From assembly GCA_951406725.2 (NCBI GenBank), contig OX597819.1, forward strand, positions 55,862,001 through 55,926,000: a stretch of DNA of 64,000 nucleotides, written 5' to 3'. Positions 48,831-63,290 of this stretch are shown piece by piece; positions within the stretch are counted from its first letter, which is position 1, and each line of letters opens with the position of its first letter. This stretch comes from Octopus vulgaris. Its lineage: Eukaryota. Under the pieces are notes generated by a model. It was not told the origin of the DNA and made no database searches. It saw only the letters and a program-made list of their open reading frames with translations. The translations under genes were made by a program, and so were the position numbers.

Positions 48831-49381
48831 AAAATCTAAAATACTAAATCAATATATGTATGTATATGTATGGATATATGTGTGTGTGCGTGTATATATA
48901 TATATATATGCACAAACATATATATACACGTAAATGAATAAATAACAACAAATGGATAATGTGCCAAGTCACTACAGATTTTTCTAACGAATTCTTAGTT
49001 GATTAAAGGAGACATTACATCATTAAAAAAAACGTTTTCATCAGGTAAATACATGCACAACAACATTTAGAAATATCCAGAAATCAATGGCATATGCACC
49101 TTCATGATTATACGCGCCTTGCTAGTCGTATGTATTATATATGTATATATATATATATTTATAAATGGATGAATGAATTATCGTTTGTTTACCGTTAACA
49201 TGGAAAATTCAATAAACAGTTACCAGCGTAGCAAAATTCACGCAAGTATCAAGGATGTAGCGAACTATTAAAAGGTAGAAACTCCGGGTTAATGTGCAGT
49301 AATTTGTATAGTATAAGTAAATAAATGGAGTTGAATGCAGGTGTTATTTAAATTTGAATAACATCAACGTTCAACTCCATA

Positions 49382-49501
<120 letters not shown>

Positions 49502-50368
49502 ATTATTTTTCGTAATGAGATAAAAACCAAGGCTGTGTAGATTTTAGAACATAAACATGCATACACGCATACACACATGCATGTATCTATACGTATATAT
49601 ACAATACATACATACATGTATATATATACACACTCATGTATATATATGTGTATATGTGTGTGTATTTGTGTTGGAGTGTATGTGTGTGCATTTGTGTGTG
49701 TGTATGTGTGTGTGTCTTCGTGTCTATGCTTCTTCCCCCGCCTGATAACCAACGTTGGTTTGTTTACGTCTAAGTAACCGTAACGGTTCAGCGCAAGATA
49801 TCGACAGCATAAGAAGCAAACTTAGGAAAAGAAATACAAACAAGTATATTGGATTCGATCCTTTAGATTTCACCCACCGCCAAAAACAAACAAAAAAACA
49901 AAAACAAAACAAAACAACAAAAACCTCTTTTCAGCGCACTGACCCAACATGGCCGCAGTCCAAAGACAGAAACAAGTAAAATATAAAAATATATAATAAT
50001 AATAATAATAATAACCTTCTAGCCTTTGCGTCTGCTTACTCAACTTATTTAGTGTTTCTAAATTTACGTTTGTATATACAAGTGAATCACAAATTGGGTG
50101 GCTTTCAATGGAACAATATATTTTTTTCTTCCTTCCTTTCGTTTTCTTTCTTTCTTTCTTTCTTTCTTTCATTTTTTCTTTCTTTCTTTCTTTCTTTCTT
50201 TTCTCTCTCTTTAATGTTCTTCTCTAATCTTCAAGCTAACAACCAAAGACTTTCATTTTATTTGCTAAGCGTTACTTTAAAGCAATCATTATTTGGTTAC
50301 TGACACATTTCTTCTCTTATTTTGTTTTACTACACATACATACATACATACATACATACATACATACA

Positions 50369-50400
<32 letters not shown>

Positions 50401-50635
50401 CATATATTTTCCGTTATTTTATGAAAGCATTTGGTGAGCAATAGCGTTAGCGTGCTTGGTGTTATAGGCTACCTATGTCCCCATCACAGTTCACTGTATT
50501 TTCTGACGGTGAGAGTTAACAAAAGAGGAGAATGTTTGCAGCTCATTACAGAACAAATATCATTAGGAATCTATCACTGATGTGACGTTTTACGCCGTTA
50601 TACATTGGCGAAAGACACACACACACACACACACC

Positions 50636-50705
<70 letters not shown>

Positions 50706-50912
50706 TATATATATATATGGGTGTGTGTGATTGTGTATAGAAGAATATATTAATAAAAAGAATTCCAACCTTGTCTGATTTTCACGTTTTATTTACAATC
50801 TTATAATGATATATTATAAGATAATATATTATAATTGAATAAAATAAAATGAAATAGTAGAATGTTAAATATTCACTGATGTGACGTTTTACGCCGTTAT
50901 ACATTGGCGAAA

Positions 50913-50945
<33 letters not shown>

Positions 50946-50946
50946 G

Positions 50947-51002
<56 letters not shown>

Positions 51003-51004
<2 letters not shown>

Positions 51005-51288
51005 AATCCAAACGGAAACAAAAAAACAACAACAATGGAACAATTACAGTATTATTATTAATAGGCGCTCAGGAAATGGGTGATCTCTTGAGCACCACCA
51101 GCTCAAATATTTTCTCCTCTGTCTTCCCTCCTCGGGATCTTTCCTTCTCCTTGTTTCCGACGAAGAGCTCCGCTCGAAACGTTAAACCCTCCTTCCCTTC
51201 TTTCCTGAGCGTCAATAATACTTTAATTGTTCCACGTCCTGCGTTGCTGTGTTTTTTTCTCTTTTTTTCTGTGTTTTCTTGTTTGGAT

Positions 51289-51292
<4 letters not shown>
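51003..51292 (+). mobile_element. Penelope-like terminal-repeat element with inverted partial copy and hammerhead-like motif
   Basis: 51003-51076 is an imperfect reverse complement of 51201-51291; motif at 51153-51187; (TA)n on both sides. Confidence 0.75.
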
Positions 51293-51348
<56 letters not shown>

Positions 51349-51352
<4 letters not shown>

Positions 51353-51513
51353 TGCGGGCATGGCTGTGTGGTAAGACGTTTGTTCCGGGTTCAATTCCAC
51401 TGCGTGGCACCTTGGGCAAGTGTCTTCTACTACAGTCCTGCGCCGACTAAAGCGTTGTGAGTGGATTTCGTCGATGAAAACTGACAAAAGCTAGTGGTGT
51501 GTGTGTGTGTGTG

Positions 51514-51586
<73 letters not shown>

Positions 51587-51850
51587 ATATGTATGTGTGT
51601 GTGTGTGCGTGTGCGTGTGTTCATTTGCATATCTATATATGCATGCTTGTATGTGTATATGCAAGCATGCTTGACATCCCATTTTGGTTTGTTTAGATCC
51701 CCGTAAACTAGCAGTTCGTCAAAATAAACTAATAGAATAAGTGCAAGACTTCAGAAAAAAGAAAAGAAAAAGGGCTCTAGAGGTCGATTCTTCCGACTAA
51801 AACATTCGAAGCGGTGCCCTAGCATGGCCGCTCTCAGATGACTAAAGCAA
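51349..51850 (+). mobile_element. Diverged SINE family B
   Basis: Head tggctgtgtggtaag, gggttcaattcc, tail gcggtgccctagcatggccgc. Confidence 0.75.
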
Positions 51851-52254
51851 GTTATATATATACATATATATTTATATGTTTGTGTGTGTGTGTGCGTGTG
51901 TGTGCGTGTGCGAATGTGTACGATAGATTTCTTGATAGCTTCTTTGAGCCAAAAGTCGACTCAGAAGGTATCGGCCAACCCGATGGTACCGAAAAAGGCA
52001 TTTACCTAAGGCGCCCTGCCTTAGGATCGATCCTGGAATCAGAGAGTGTGCCAAGCGAACTTCGTAACCACACAATCATGCTTTTGAGTTTATTTACAAT
52101 TCCAAGGTAAAAAAAAGAACAAAAAAAAGGTAGAAATGTACCGAAAAATACAAAAAAAAAAAAAGATTCCAACAAAACATAATAAAAATAAACAAACGGC
52201 TGGCATTAAACTTTAATATCGAAAGCTAGGATCGTTATTATTATTATTATTATT

Positions 52255-52808
52255 GAGTGAGAGAGCAGTGCATGCCATCAAAGTGACACTGGAGTAAAAT
52301 ATACAAAGCCCAGTATACCCATCATGACTACCTGTCTGATAAGGGTACACTAGGCACATGCATCACAACCATGTGTGCGCGACAAGGTGATCTCATATCA
52401 AGATAAACAGCACATGACCTTGCAGGTGGGGCCCAGTTAGAATTTTCATCTGGTCGAGTAGCCCATCTCGCTCAAAAGGTCCCTGAATGAACGTTTAAGG
52501 ATGTTGAACGAAATACCCATGTTTCCAGAGGTGAATTATTCAAACCCCAAAGAATCCCTCTAAACACATGGCTATGATGCTCCCCCACTACTTCTGCTCG
52601 TGATCAGAGATGCACATATCGTCAGCCACTTAGGGACATGCTCAACTGGTTAAGGTCAAACAACTGACAAGCAAATCTGTGGTTTTGAGCAGAATATTTG
52701 CTGTAGCCCATCTTTTATACCAAGACAAAACAATGTACATGATAACACTTCCAATCAGTTAAGATCAGAAGCCATGAGAGATACTGTCTCGTACTGCATC
52801 AGAGCATC
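52255..52808. mobile_element. Unclassified ~550-bp probable insertion between (TTA)n/(TCA)n tracts
   Basis: GC-richer complex sequence with sharp borders to trinucleotide repeats on both sides; no ORF; single copy here. Confidence 0.4.
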
Positions 52809-52844
52809 TTATCATCACCATTATCATCATCATCATCATCATCA

Positions 52845-52891
<47 letters not shown>

Positions 52892-52914
52892 GTATTTGTT
52901 GTTGTAGTTTTACA

Positions 52915-53453
52915 TTATCAGCTCAACTTCGCCTTTCATTCTTTCGGGAGCCGTTAAAAATAAAGTACCAATCAAGTACAGGAATCAATGGTATCGACTA
53001 AACCCGTCCTCTCAAAAACTTCTGGTCTTCTACCAAAGCAGCGAGTTGGCAGAATCGTTGGTACGCCGGACAAAAAGTTTTGTAACATTTCTTCCGGCCT
53101 TGTAATATGATCCTGCTGAACTCAGCTTTGCCTTTTATCATTTTCGTGGGGTCGATTTAATAAAATGTTAGATTTCATCAATCCCAGTGAAAAATTGGGG
53201 TCGATGTAATCGACTTGCACTCTCACATTCTGCCAAAATTTCAGGCCTTGTGCCTATAGTCGGCGAGGTTGACTTTGCTTTTTTACTCTTTCGGGGTCGA
53301 TGAAACAAGTACCAGTTACGCACTGGGGTTGATGCAATCGAATAATACACTCCCGCTAAATTTCAGGCTTTGAGCCTACAGTAGAAAGCATTATTGTTGT
53401 TATTGTTATTGTTGTTATCGTCGTCGTCATCGTCATCATCATCATCACCATTA

Positions 53454-53511
<58 letters not shown>

Positions 53512-53934
53512 TAAGGCGGCGAGCTGGCAGAATCGTTAGCACGCTGGACGAAATGCATACTGATATTTCGTCTGCCGCTACGCCCTGAGTTCAAATTCTG
53601 CTGAGGTCAACTTTGCCTTTCATCCTTTCGGGGTCGATAAATTAAGTACTAGTTACGCACTGGGGTCGATGTAATCGACTTAACCCATTTATCTGTCCTT
53701 GTTTGTCCCCTCTATGTTTAGCCCCTTGTAGGCAATACAGAAATAAAAATCGTTAGCACACTGCACGAAATGCATACTGATATTCCGTCAGCCGCTACGC
53801 TCTGAGTTCAAATTCCACCGAGGTCGACTTTGCCTTTCTTATTTTCGCGGTCGATAAATTAAGTACCAAGGAAATACTGAAGTCCTTGTGTCAAAATCTA
53901 AAACCATTCTTCTTCTTCTTCTTCTTCTTCTTAC

Positions 53935-53994
<60 letters not shown>

Positions 53995-54385
53995 CTAAGG
54001 CGGTGAACTAACAAAATCGTTAGCACGCCGGGCGATACACTTAGCAGCATTTCGTCTGCCCTTACGTTGTTCAAATTCTATCGAGGCCGACTTTGTCCTT
54101 CATCTTTTCGAGATCGATAAATTAAGTACCAGTCAAGTATTGTGGTTGATGTGATCGACTTTCCCCATCCCTCAAAATTTCAGACCCTGTGCCTGTAGCA
54201 GAAAGGGGTTATTATTAAGGCTGCGAGCTGGCAGGACCGTTAGCATGCCGGGCAAAATGCTTAACAATATTTCGCCCGTCATTACATTCTGAGTTCAAAT
54301 TCCACCAAGGCCGACTTTGCTTTTTATCCCCTCCCCCAAAATTTCAGGCCTTGTGCCTAGAGTTGAAAAGATTATTATTATTATT
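52915..54385 (+). mobile_element. Cluster of at least five co-oriented SINE family A copies separated by (TTA)n
   Basis: Heads at ~53040, 53515, 53999 and 54219; junction cagaaataa|aaatcgttagc at ~53745. Confidence 0.8.
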
Positions 54386-55170
54386 GATTTTGGTCTTGTT
54401 GTTGTTTGTGATGGACAATCATCTGTAAGATAGCTCCAGAGAAAGTCTGAATTTTAACTATGCTTTAATAAGCACAGAAGCATATTTTTGTTTATTTTGT
54501 CAATAAAGAGCCAAGTGGTCATCCTTGCTTTCCTCTGAAGGAGTAGTAAGAAATGCTAGAAATAAAGGTCGTAACAACTGATATGCCTCGAAAATTCCGA
54601 AATATAGTTTGAAAATTTAGAGTACAAGTTAAAAAACGAAAATAAACAAGAAAAATAACAGACACAGTTGCGAACATTTTAAGAAGTAAAAATGAAAACT
54701 AAAATAAGAATAATTCTAATAACTTTAATGACAAAAATATTTAACATGAGACAGAAAGAAGCGTGGGCGTGGGTCACGTTTTCTGGGAGAAAGAGTGGTG
54801 GATGCACATTACAAAAAGTAGTACCTCTTTGCCCAAGGAATTCATAGAGGAAAGAACATAGGTGAAAGACAGCAGTGTAAGTTTGTGGATAGGGTGTTGG
54901 GCTCACGATCATAATTTTGTGGCTTCCATTTCTGGAATATGTCTTCGAGAGCAAGGAATAGGATTTCCTGTCGTACTCAGCTGAAACTGAATACCAGAAG
55001 CTTTTTGATACATCCTTCTTTCTCTTCCAGCTGTCATATCTTTGATATTCTACAGATTCAAGAGGAGGTGCTGACTGTGATTAAATAGGCGCCTAAAATA
55101 ATTTGCAAAGCCATAGTACAAGTTACCAGGTTATAATTTTCTGTGAGTGACCACTCAGCATTATAACACG

Positions 55171-55235
<65 letters not shown>

Positions 55236-55264
55236 TCTCTCTCTCTCTCTCACACACACCCTTT

Positions 55265-55694
55265 ATATTTTATTTTTTCAGTCTTTAGACTGCGGCCATG
55301 CTGAGGCAACGCCCTGAAGGGCTTAATCAAACAAACCGACCCCAGTTGTCAAGTGATGTTGGAAGACAAATACACGCATAAAAAGACACACACATAGGTA
55401 CATACATATCTGAATACATACATACATACATGCATGCATACATATATACATACATACAAACAGATAGACAGACACACACTCACACATATATATTCGACGG
55501 GCTTCTTCCAGTTTCTGTCTACCAAGTCCACTAACAAAGCTTTAGTCGTTCCGGGGCTTGCTCAAGAAGAAGGTGCCACGCAATGGGGCAGAACACAGAA
55601 CCATCTAGTTGGGAAGCAAGCTTCTTACAACACAGTCACGCTTGTCCCTATTATGTGTGTATGTATGTGAACATACATATACACATGTATATGT

Positions 55695-55735
<41 letters not shown>

Positions 55736-55983
55736 AATATATCACGTGGTCACGTGACCGACCAGACCATCAGATGTTGTTACACATCGCTGGTCATCGA
55801 ACGACGCCACCCCGCTGGCTAAGCGAGCAGGTCAACAGAAAGAGAGAAAGAGTGGTGAAAGAGTACAGCAAGGATCACCACCCCCTGCCGGAGCCTCGTG
55901 AAGCTTTTTTAGGTCTGGGAATCGAAACCGCAATCCTACGACTGCGAATCCGCTGCCCTAACCACTGGGCCATTGCGCCTCCA
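55265..55983 (-). mobile_element. Diverged SINE family B (55265-55650) and family C fragment (55790-55983)
   Basis: Matches to family consensus heads and tails. Confidence 0.7.
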
Positions 55984-56018
55984 CTCACACACACACACAC
56001 ACATACGCACACACACAT

Positions 56019-56065
<47 letters not shown>

Positions 56066-56849
56066 CTTATACACATATATATATGTATACATATATATAT
56101 ATATTTATATATACATATATAATATACATATATATATATGTATATGTGTATATATACATATATATATATATAATGATTTTGGCTCATGTCCCGGTCTTAT
56201 CTATCTATCTGTCTGTCTGTCTGTCTGCCTGCCTGCCTGTCTGTCTGTTTGTTTGTCTGTCTGGCTGGCTGGTTGGCTGGCTATCTAACTAAATGTATAC
56301 ACACGCATCTTCACACGTCTTGTAACCTCTGCTGTGACAATTCCCTGTGTTTGTATAGAGCGTGGTTAGAAATAACCAAAAACAAATGAAAAAAAAAAAG
56401 AAATATCAACACTACGATCCTCCATTTATGCTTACAACAATTCGAGTTTCTGCTACACCAGCAGATGCATCTCCATGTGTTCCTGAGGTGTGTTACAGTA
56501 TTGTCTTTTAGAAATATAAAATTCAGCTTATATGCCACACTAGCTTTGCACTGCTGCTGCTGAAGTTGTGCTATATATTAGTATTGTGCAAAGTATATCT
56601 GTTATGTTACTGCGCTGAGTAGTGTGTTTGTGTGTGTGTTACGTATGATTGGTGTTGTGTATTTGTGTTTCAGTGTCGGACAGCGCGATTATTATTATTT
56701 AGATATGGCGTGCGGTTTGTGTAGCATTTATGGGCGGCTGCTGTGAGATGTTGGTGTTATACGATGTCAGGTATAGATTACATTAGAATACATGTTGTGT
56801 TATTGTATTGGCGTTGAGTATTATTTTTGTGTTAAATTGCTTGGCGATA

Positions 56850-57055
56850 AGACGGCGGGCTGATAGACTCGTTAGCGAAGTCGGACGAGATGCTGAGTTA
56901 TTTCGTTTGTCTTTACGTTCTGAGTTCCAATTTCACCGAAGTCGACTTTACCTTTCATCTTTTGGGGTTGATGAAATAAGTACCAGTCAAGTGCGATGTA
57001 ATTAACTAGTATCCTCTCCCTAGATTTCAGACCATGTGCCTGTAGCAGAAAGGAA

Positions 57056-57112
<57 letters not shown>

Positions 57113-57985
57113 GACGGCGAGTTGGCAGAATCGTTCGCACGCCTGGTGAAATGCTTAGCCGAATTTCGGCTGTCGCTACGTTCTGATTTCAAATTCCGCC
57201 GAGATCGTCTTTGCCTTTAATCATTTCGGGATCGATAAATTAAGGTTGATGTAATCGACTAGCCCTCGCCCGTCCTCCAAATTTCAGGCCCCTTGTGCCT
57301 ATAGTAGAAAAGATTCTTCTTCTTCTTCTTCTTCTTCTTCTTCTTCTTCTTCTTCTTCTTCTTCTTCTTCTTCTTCTTCTTCTTCTTCTTCTTCTTTTTT
57401 TTCTTCTTGCCTGGATGCATTTCGTTCCCGTTTACGTTCTGAGTTGAAATTCTGTCGTGATCGACTTTGCCTTTCGTCATTTGGAGCTCGATAAAGTACC
57501 AGCTGAGCGCAAGGGTCGATGTAATCGACTTACCCGCTCCCACGAAACTGCTTGCCTTGTGCCACAATTTGTAACCATTATATTGTTTGGTGATAAGGCG
57601 GCAAGCCGTTGGAATTGTTCGCACGTCGGACAAAATGCTTAGTGGCAATTCTTCCGGTTTATGTTCTAAGTTCAAATTCCTGTGTAGTCGGACTTTGACC
57701 GTCATCTTTATCATTGGAGTACTGGGGTCGACGTATTCGACCAGCCCCGCTCTCCTAAAATTTTAGTCCTTGTGCCCTTTGCAGAAAGAATTGTATTGTT
57801 TGGGGTGAGTTTGTCGCGTACGTGGAGTGTGATTCCTGTTATTTTATTAGGTAGATATATTTATTTCTTTATTGTCCACAGGGTGGAGGGGGGAGGGCTA
57901 AACATAAGCGAAACAAACAAGGACAGATAAAAGGGATTAAGTGGACTAAATCTACCCCTGTGCGTAACTGGAACTTAGTTAATCG
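56850..57985. mobile_element. Cluster of diverged SINE family A copies
   Basis: Heads at ~56850, 57113 and 57597; inverted T1 tail at ~57860-57985. Confidence 0.7.
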
Positions 57986-58454
57986 TGTGCTGTGTCTATA
58001 ATAGAGATGATTGTTAGTACTGGTTTTACTTTCACATGCACATCCTGTTTATCTCAATTTCAAGGTCGTTGTACTTCGTCACCCAGTTTCGCGCCTAAGT
58101 ATAGGATATTGCGTAGAGTAAACCACGGCCGATAATCGATCGTGAACGTATTTATAGATACGATTGGCAGTTCAGTCTCTGTCACGCCTGTGTGGATTCA
58201 GACGCGGCAGAGGTGGCTAAGCAACCGGAAATATTTCCCCTGGTTACTTAATCTGAAACTGTGTAAAGTCTCTTTTCATTAGAAAGTAATATTTTATTTT
58301 TGTGATTATTTCTCGCTAGGCGTCGGTCCTCTGCAGTTAAAATGAGGCAACGAAAAGGGTTTATATTTAATTTTTCCCCCCTCATTGAATTTCCTTTTTT
58401 ATTTTATAACCTTTCCTTGCGTTTTATTTTTATCTAAATATTTTTCTTCCTGTT

Positions 58455-58748
58455 AATTTGTTGTTTGTATCTTCTCGAGCCACGCCTGGCTCATAGGGCC
58501 GGTCTTCCGGTTTCCTTTGGCGTATAGGTTTTCCATCTGGACGGGACGCCGGTCCGTCGCCGGTGAGCTGCAAGATGCAGGAGGAAAGAGGGAGAGAAAG
58601 TTGTGGCGAAAGAGTCAGCAGAAGTTCGCCATTACCTTCTGCAGGAGCCGCCTGGAGCTTAGGTGTTTCGTTCATAAACACACACATCGCCCGGTCTGAG
58701 ATTCGAACTCGCGATCCCTCGACCTAATCACTAGGCCATGTACCTCCT
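58455..58748 (-). mobile_element. SINE family C, diverged
   Basis: gagagaaagttgtggcgaaagag...ataaacacacacatcgcccggtctgagattcgaac. Confidence 0.75.
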
Positions 58749-58788
58749 CCTAGTAATTAGTTTCCAGTTAATATCTTATTGTTTCTTA

Positions 58789-59335
58789 GGCGGCGAGCTA
58801 GCAGAAACGTTAACACGCCGGGCAGTATTTCGTCTGCAGCTACGTTCTGAGTTCAAATTCCGCCGAGGTCGACTTCCGAGGTAAATTAAATAAGTACCAG
58901 TTACGCACTGGGGTCGATATAATCGACTTAATCCGTTTGTCTGTCCTTGTTTGTCCTCTCTGTGTTTAGCCCCTTGTGGGTAGTAAAGAAATAGGTATTT
59001 CGTCTATAGCTACGTTCTGAGTTCAAATTCCGCCGAGGTCGACTTCCGAGGTAAATTAAATAAGTACCAGTTACGCACTGGGGTCGATATAATCGACTTA
59101 ATCCGTTTGTCTGTCCTTGTTTGTCCTCTCTGTGTTTAGCCCCTTGTGGGTAGTAAAAAATAGGTATTTCGTCTGCCGCTACGTTCTGAGTTCAAATTCC
59201 GCCGAGGTCTATTTTGCCTTTTCTCCTTTCGGGGTCGATAAATTAAGTACCAGTTGTGTACTTGGGTCGATCTAATCGACTGGCTCCCCCACCCCTAAAA
59301 TTTCGGACCTTGTGCCTAGAGTAGAAAAGAATATC
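58789..59335 (+). mobile_element. SINE family A trimer (two T1 units plus one T2 unit); another copy follows to ~59575
   Basis: Units restart at tatttcgtc at 58826, 58996 and 59165. Confidence 0.92.
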
Positions 59336-59594
59336 TTACTGTTCCTTAGGCGTCGAACTGGCAGAATCGTTATTATGCCGGGCGAAATGCGTAGCGGCAT
59401 TTCTCCCATCTTTACATTCTGAATTCAAATTACGTTCAAATTCTACTGAGGTCGACTTTGCTTTTCACCCTTCGAGGTCGATAAAATAAGTACCAGTTGG
59501 ACATTTGAGGTCGATGTAATCAACCTATCAGCCTCCGAACTTGCTGGCTTTGTGACAAAAAATTGAAATCAATATTTTATTGTTTTTTATATAC

Positions 59595-60048
<454 letters not shown>

Positions 60049-62673
60049 GATTTTCTTCTTCATGCTTCCTTATTACATCAATCACCTTCCCTTTGCTTGT
60101 TTCTAGGTACTCTTCTAGTCCCATTATTACTTTGCTGTAGTTTTTGTATCGAACTCGAACTTTCTTTTATTCGGGCTCAGTATATTCTATTTATAATCGC
60201 TTTGGTCGGTGCCTTGGAAAGCTGTATTGTCATCATCATCTGCAACTTTTGGAACGGTGTGTGTGTGTATGTGTGTGCTATTTCGAGTTTTTGGCGGTTC
60301 AGTTGTGCCAGTAACTCTCCTACCGTTTTTGAATCCGTAGACATCGTGGTTAGTGCCCCTCCCCGCTCTCACATCACAGCGAAGTGTATTCTGAGAGGCA
60401 GAGAGAGAGAGAGAGAGGCTGAAAGAGACAGAGAGAGGCAAAGAAAGAAAAAAAGCAGAGAGAGATAGAGGGAGGCAAAGAGAAAAAGAGAAAGAGAGAG
60501 AGAGAGAGGGAGTAAAAGAGAGGAAGTAAGGGAGAAAGAAAGAAGAGAGAGAGAGACAGAGAGACAGAGAGAGAATCGATTCTCGTACGTGACTGAAACT
60601 TTATTCATTGATCGCAAAAGGAGGAAAAGAAAAAAAAATTAAACTTAGCATGATTCGAACTTAGAGCAATGAAACCGGAAAAAAATATCGAAAGACATTC
60701 TCTACAATGCTCCAGTAACTCGATTAATTCGTCATCACAAGCTGTTACTAATTACATGATTTTACTTGCTTAAACGCTTCAATCCACTTAACTTCAAGTA
60801 TATTAGGTTGAAATTGTAGTTTGTATTCAGTAAGATAAGAGTATTTATACTGAATAGCTTACTTTTAACATGGAGATCAGGTTTTTTAAAATTTTAGTCT
60901 GTTTCGCTGGCCGAATCGTTAGCGCTTTGGACTTAATGCTTCTCGGTTTTTCTTTACGTTCTGAGTTCACATATTGCCGATCTCAACTTCATTTTTCATT
61001 TTCGAGCCAGATAAAATAAATATCAGTGAAGTACAGGAGTTAGTCACTTACATCGACTAAAACTCTACCCGCTAAACTTGCTGGCTCCCTTCCAAAATCT
61101 GAAACAAAATCTGGTTCGTGTAGAAGACTTTTTCCTAATCATTTTCTTCATTTCTCAGAGTTGTATTTCATAAGTTTCATCTTGTCCTAAATGTTTATTC
61201 CTGTAGTTTTAGTCTAATTCTCTAATTTCCGTGTCTGAATCTAACTTGACGTTCGGATTTTTAGCTAATTTGTTCCTTTTTCGAGTAGCTTTGGCACATT
61301 TGTTCGAAATTCATTTCCTATGTCTTGGATGAATTTATGAACAATTTTTATATTGGTTTTCTTGGTATTATTCATTTTATTTTTTATGTTTTACGAGTTT
61401 CAGTCATTGGATTACAGCCATGTCTGGACACTGCATTGAAAGAATTTAGTCGAACAAATCAGTTCAGAACTTATTTCCAAATCTAGTACTTAATTGTAGA
61501 ACTGCTATGTTACAGCAAAAGACCGATAATATAAATAGATCAACACCAGTTGTCAAACGGTGGGGCAAGGGACAAATTCATACACAGATATATATATTTG
61601 AAAATCATCCATACTGAGGAGATGGTTTGTAATTTATCTGTAGCCTTTATCGTCATCACAGTCCAACAGATTTATTAATGGAGTCAGAGCTTGGCAACAG
61701 AGAAGAGAAGATAATGAGTATCTCTGGAAGATTTCTCTTCTTATGGGCATAGGGCTTGTTTAAATTATTTTGTCTTGGCTTTGCAGTGATGTGGTCGTTT
61801 TCTGGTTGATGTATTTTGTAAGTACACCTTGACTGGTGATGGTGGTGGGTCAGTGTTTAGTTTTACAATCTGTAGTTGTTAAACCTCACCATTCTCTTGA
61901 AATTTCAGTGTCAACATAACAACAACGTCCGACTCCTCTACTTCCAGCCGTAACCTTCAAAAAAAAAAAAAAAAAATCCTGACATAGTGTATCCAGACTT
62001 GTCCTACTTTGTGTTCTTTCTGCCACTGCTTTTTTTTCAAAAGATACAGGGTAGATTTAACTGCTAATTGTAACAAGTCAAGCGACTCATCTAGACGTTC
62101 CGTGAACCCTATACTTTTTATGTAATGGTGGTAGGCAACGTGAGCTGAGCTAAGGCAACAGGTCCTGGGGGATTACATTTAACAAGGAGGAACGTTTAAA
62201 TAAAGCGTCTATTATAAGACATTGTTGGGTGGCCAGAAGAGAAGAGGCAATAATTTCAAATAAATTTCAGTGTGGACAGTACTCTGTTGCAATGTTTAGC
62301 ATCAGAAGAGCTAAACATTGTCAAGTAGCAGGTGTTTTGATAGAATACTGTAGAATAAGCTACCGTTTATAGACACAGATATATGTGTACACAAAACACA
62401 CAGGTCAAGTGTAGGTGTCGGTTTGTGTCTATAGTGAGATATGTCTGAGTAAAATTTCTAGAAGTGCGTATTAATGCCATAGACACCCCGTTGTCTATGC
62501 GTGCTTCTGTATATAACCTTGCACCTGCGCATACGATTACACAAATCTGGCAATGGTAAACTCAGAAAGATTTCGATATAATATTCATGCATAGAGCACA
62601 GACACGCGTAAGCGCAGACGCACGTTCACACTTGCATATGCGTACGTGTTTAAATGCATGGAATATGTATTTG

Positions 62674-62912
<239 letters not shown>

Positions 62913-63074
62913 AGTCGTAGGAGTGGCTATGTGGTAAGTAGCTTACTTACCAACCACATGGTTCCAGGTTCAGTTCCCACTGCGTGGCACCTTGGGCAAG
63001 TGTCTTCTACTTTAGTCTCGAGCCGACTAAAGCCTTGTGAGCGGATTTGGTAGACGGAGACTGAAAGAAGCCCG

Positions 63075-63144
<70 letters not shown>

Positions 63145-63290
63145 TTGTCCTTCCAACATCGCTTGACGACCGATGCGGGTGTTTTTAGTCCCCGTAACTT
63201 AGCGGTTCGGCAAAAGAGACCGATAGAATAAGTATTAGGCTTACAAAGAATAAGTCCTGGGGTGCTCCAGCATGGCCACAGTCAAATGAC
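62913..63290 (+). mobile_element. SINE family B
   Basis: Head gtaggagtggctatgtggtaag, internal (TA)n(TG)n, tail with short deletion. Confidence 0.9.

Noticed and set aside
54670-55140. Possible host exon or CR1-like LINE fragment
   Set aside because: Only faint resemblance to a decayed LINE on the minus strand; too weak to call
60107-60140. Candidate second exon of the GT92-like gene (ttgtttctag|gtac would give K-Y)
   Set aside because: Frame reads KYSSSPIITLL then stops after 11 codons, with no donor and no expected cysteine motif
61590-62420. Possible decayed Penelope or LINE coding fragment on the minus strand
   Set aside because: No motif could be read with confidence
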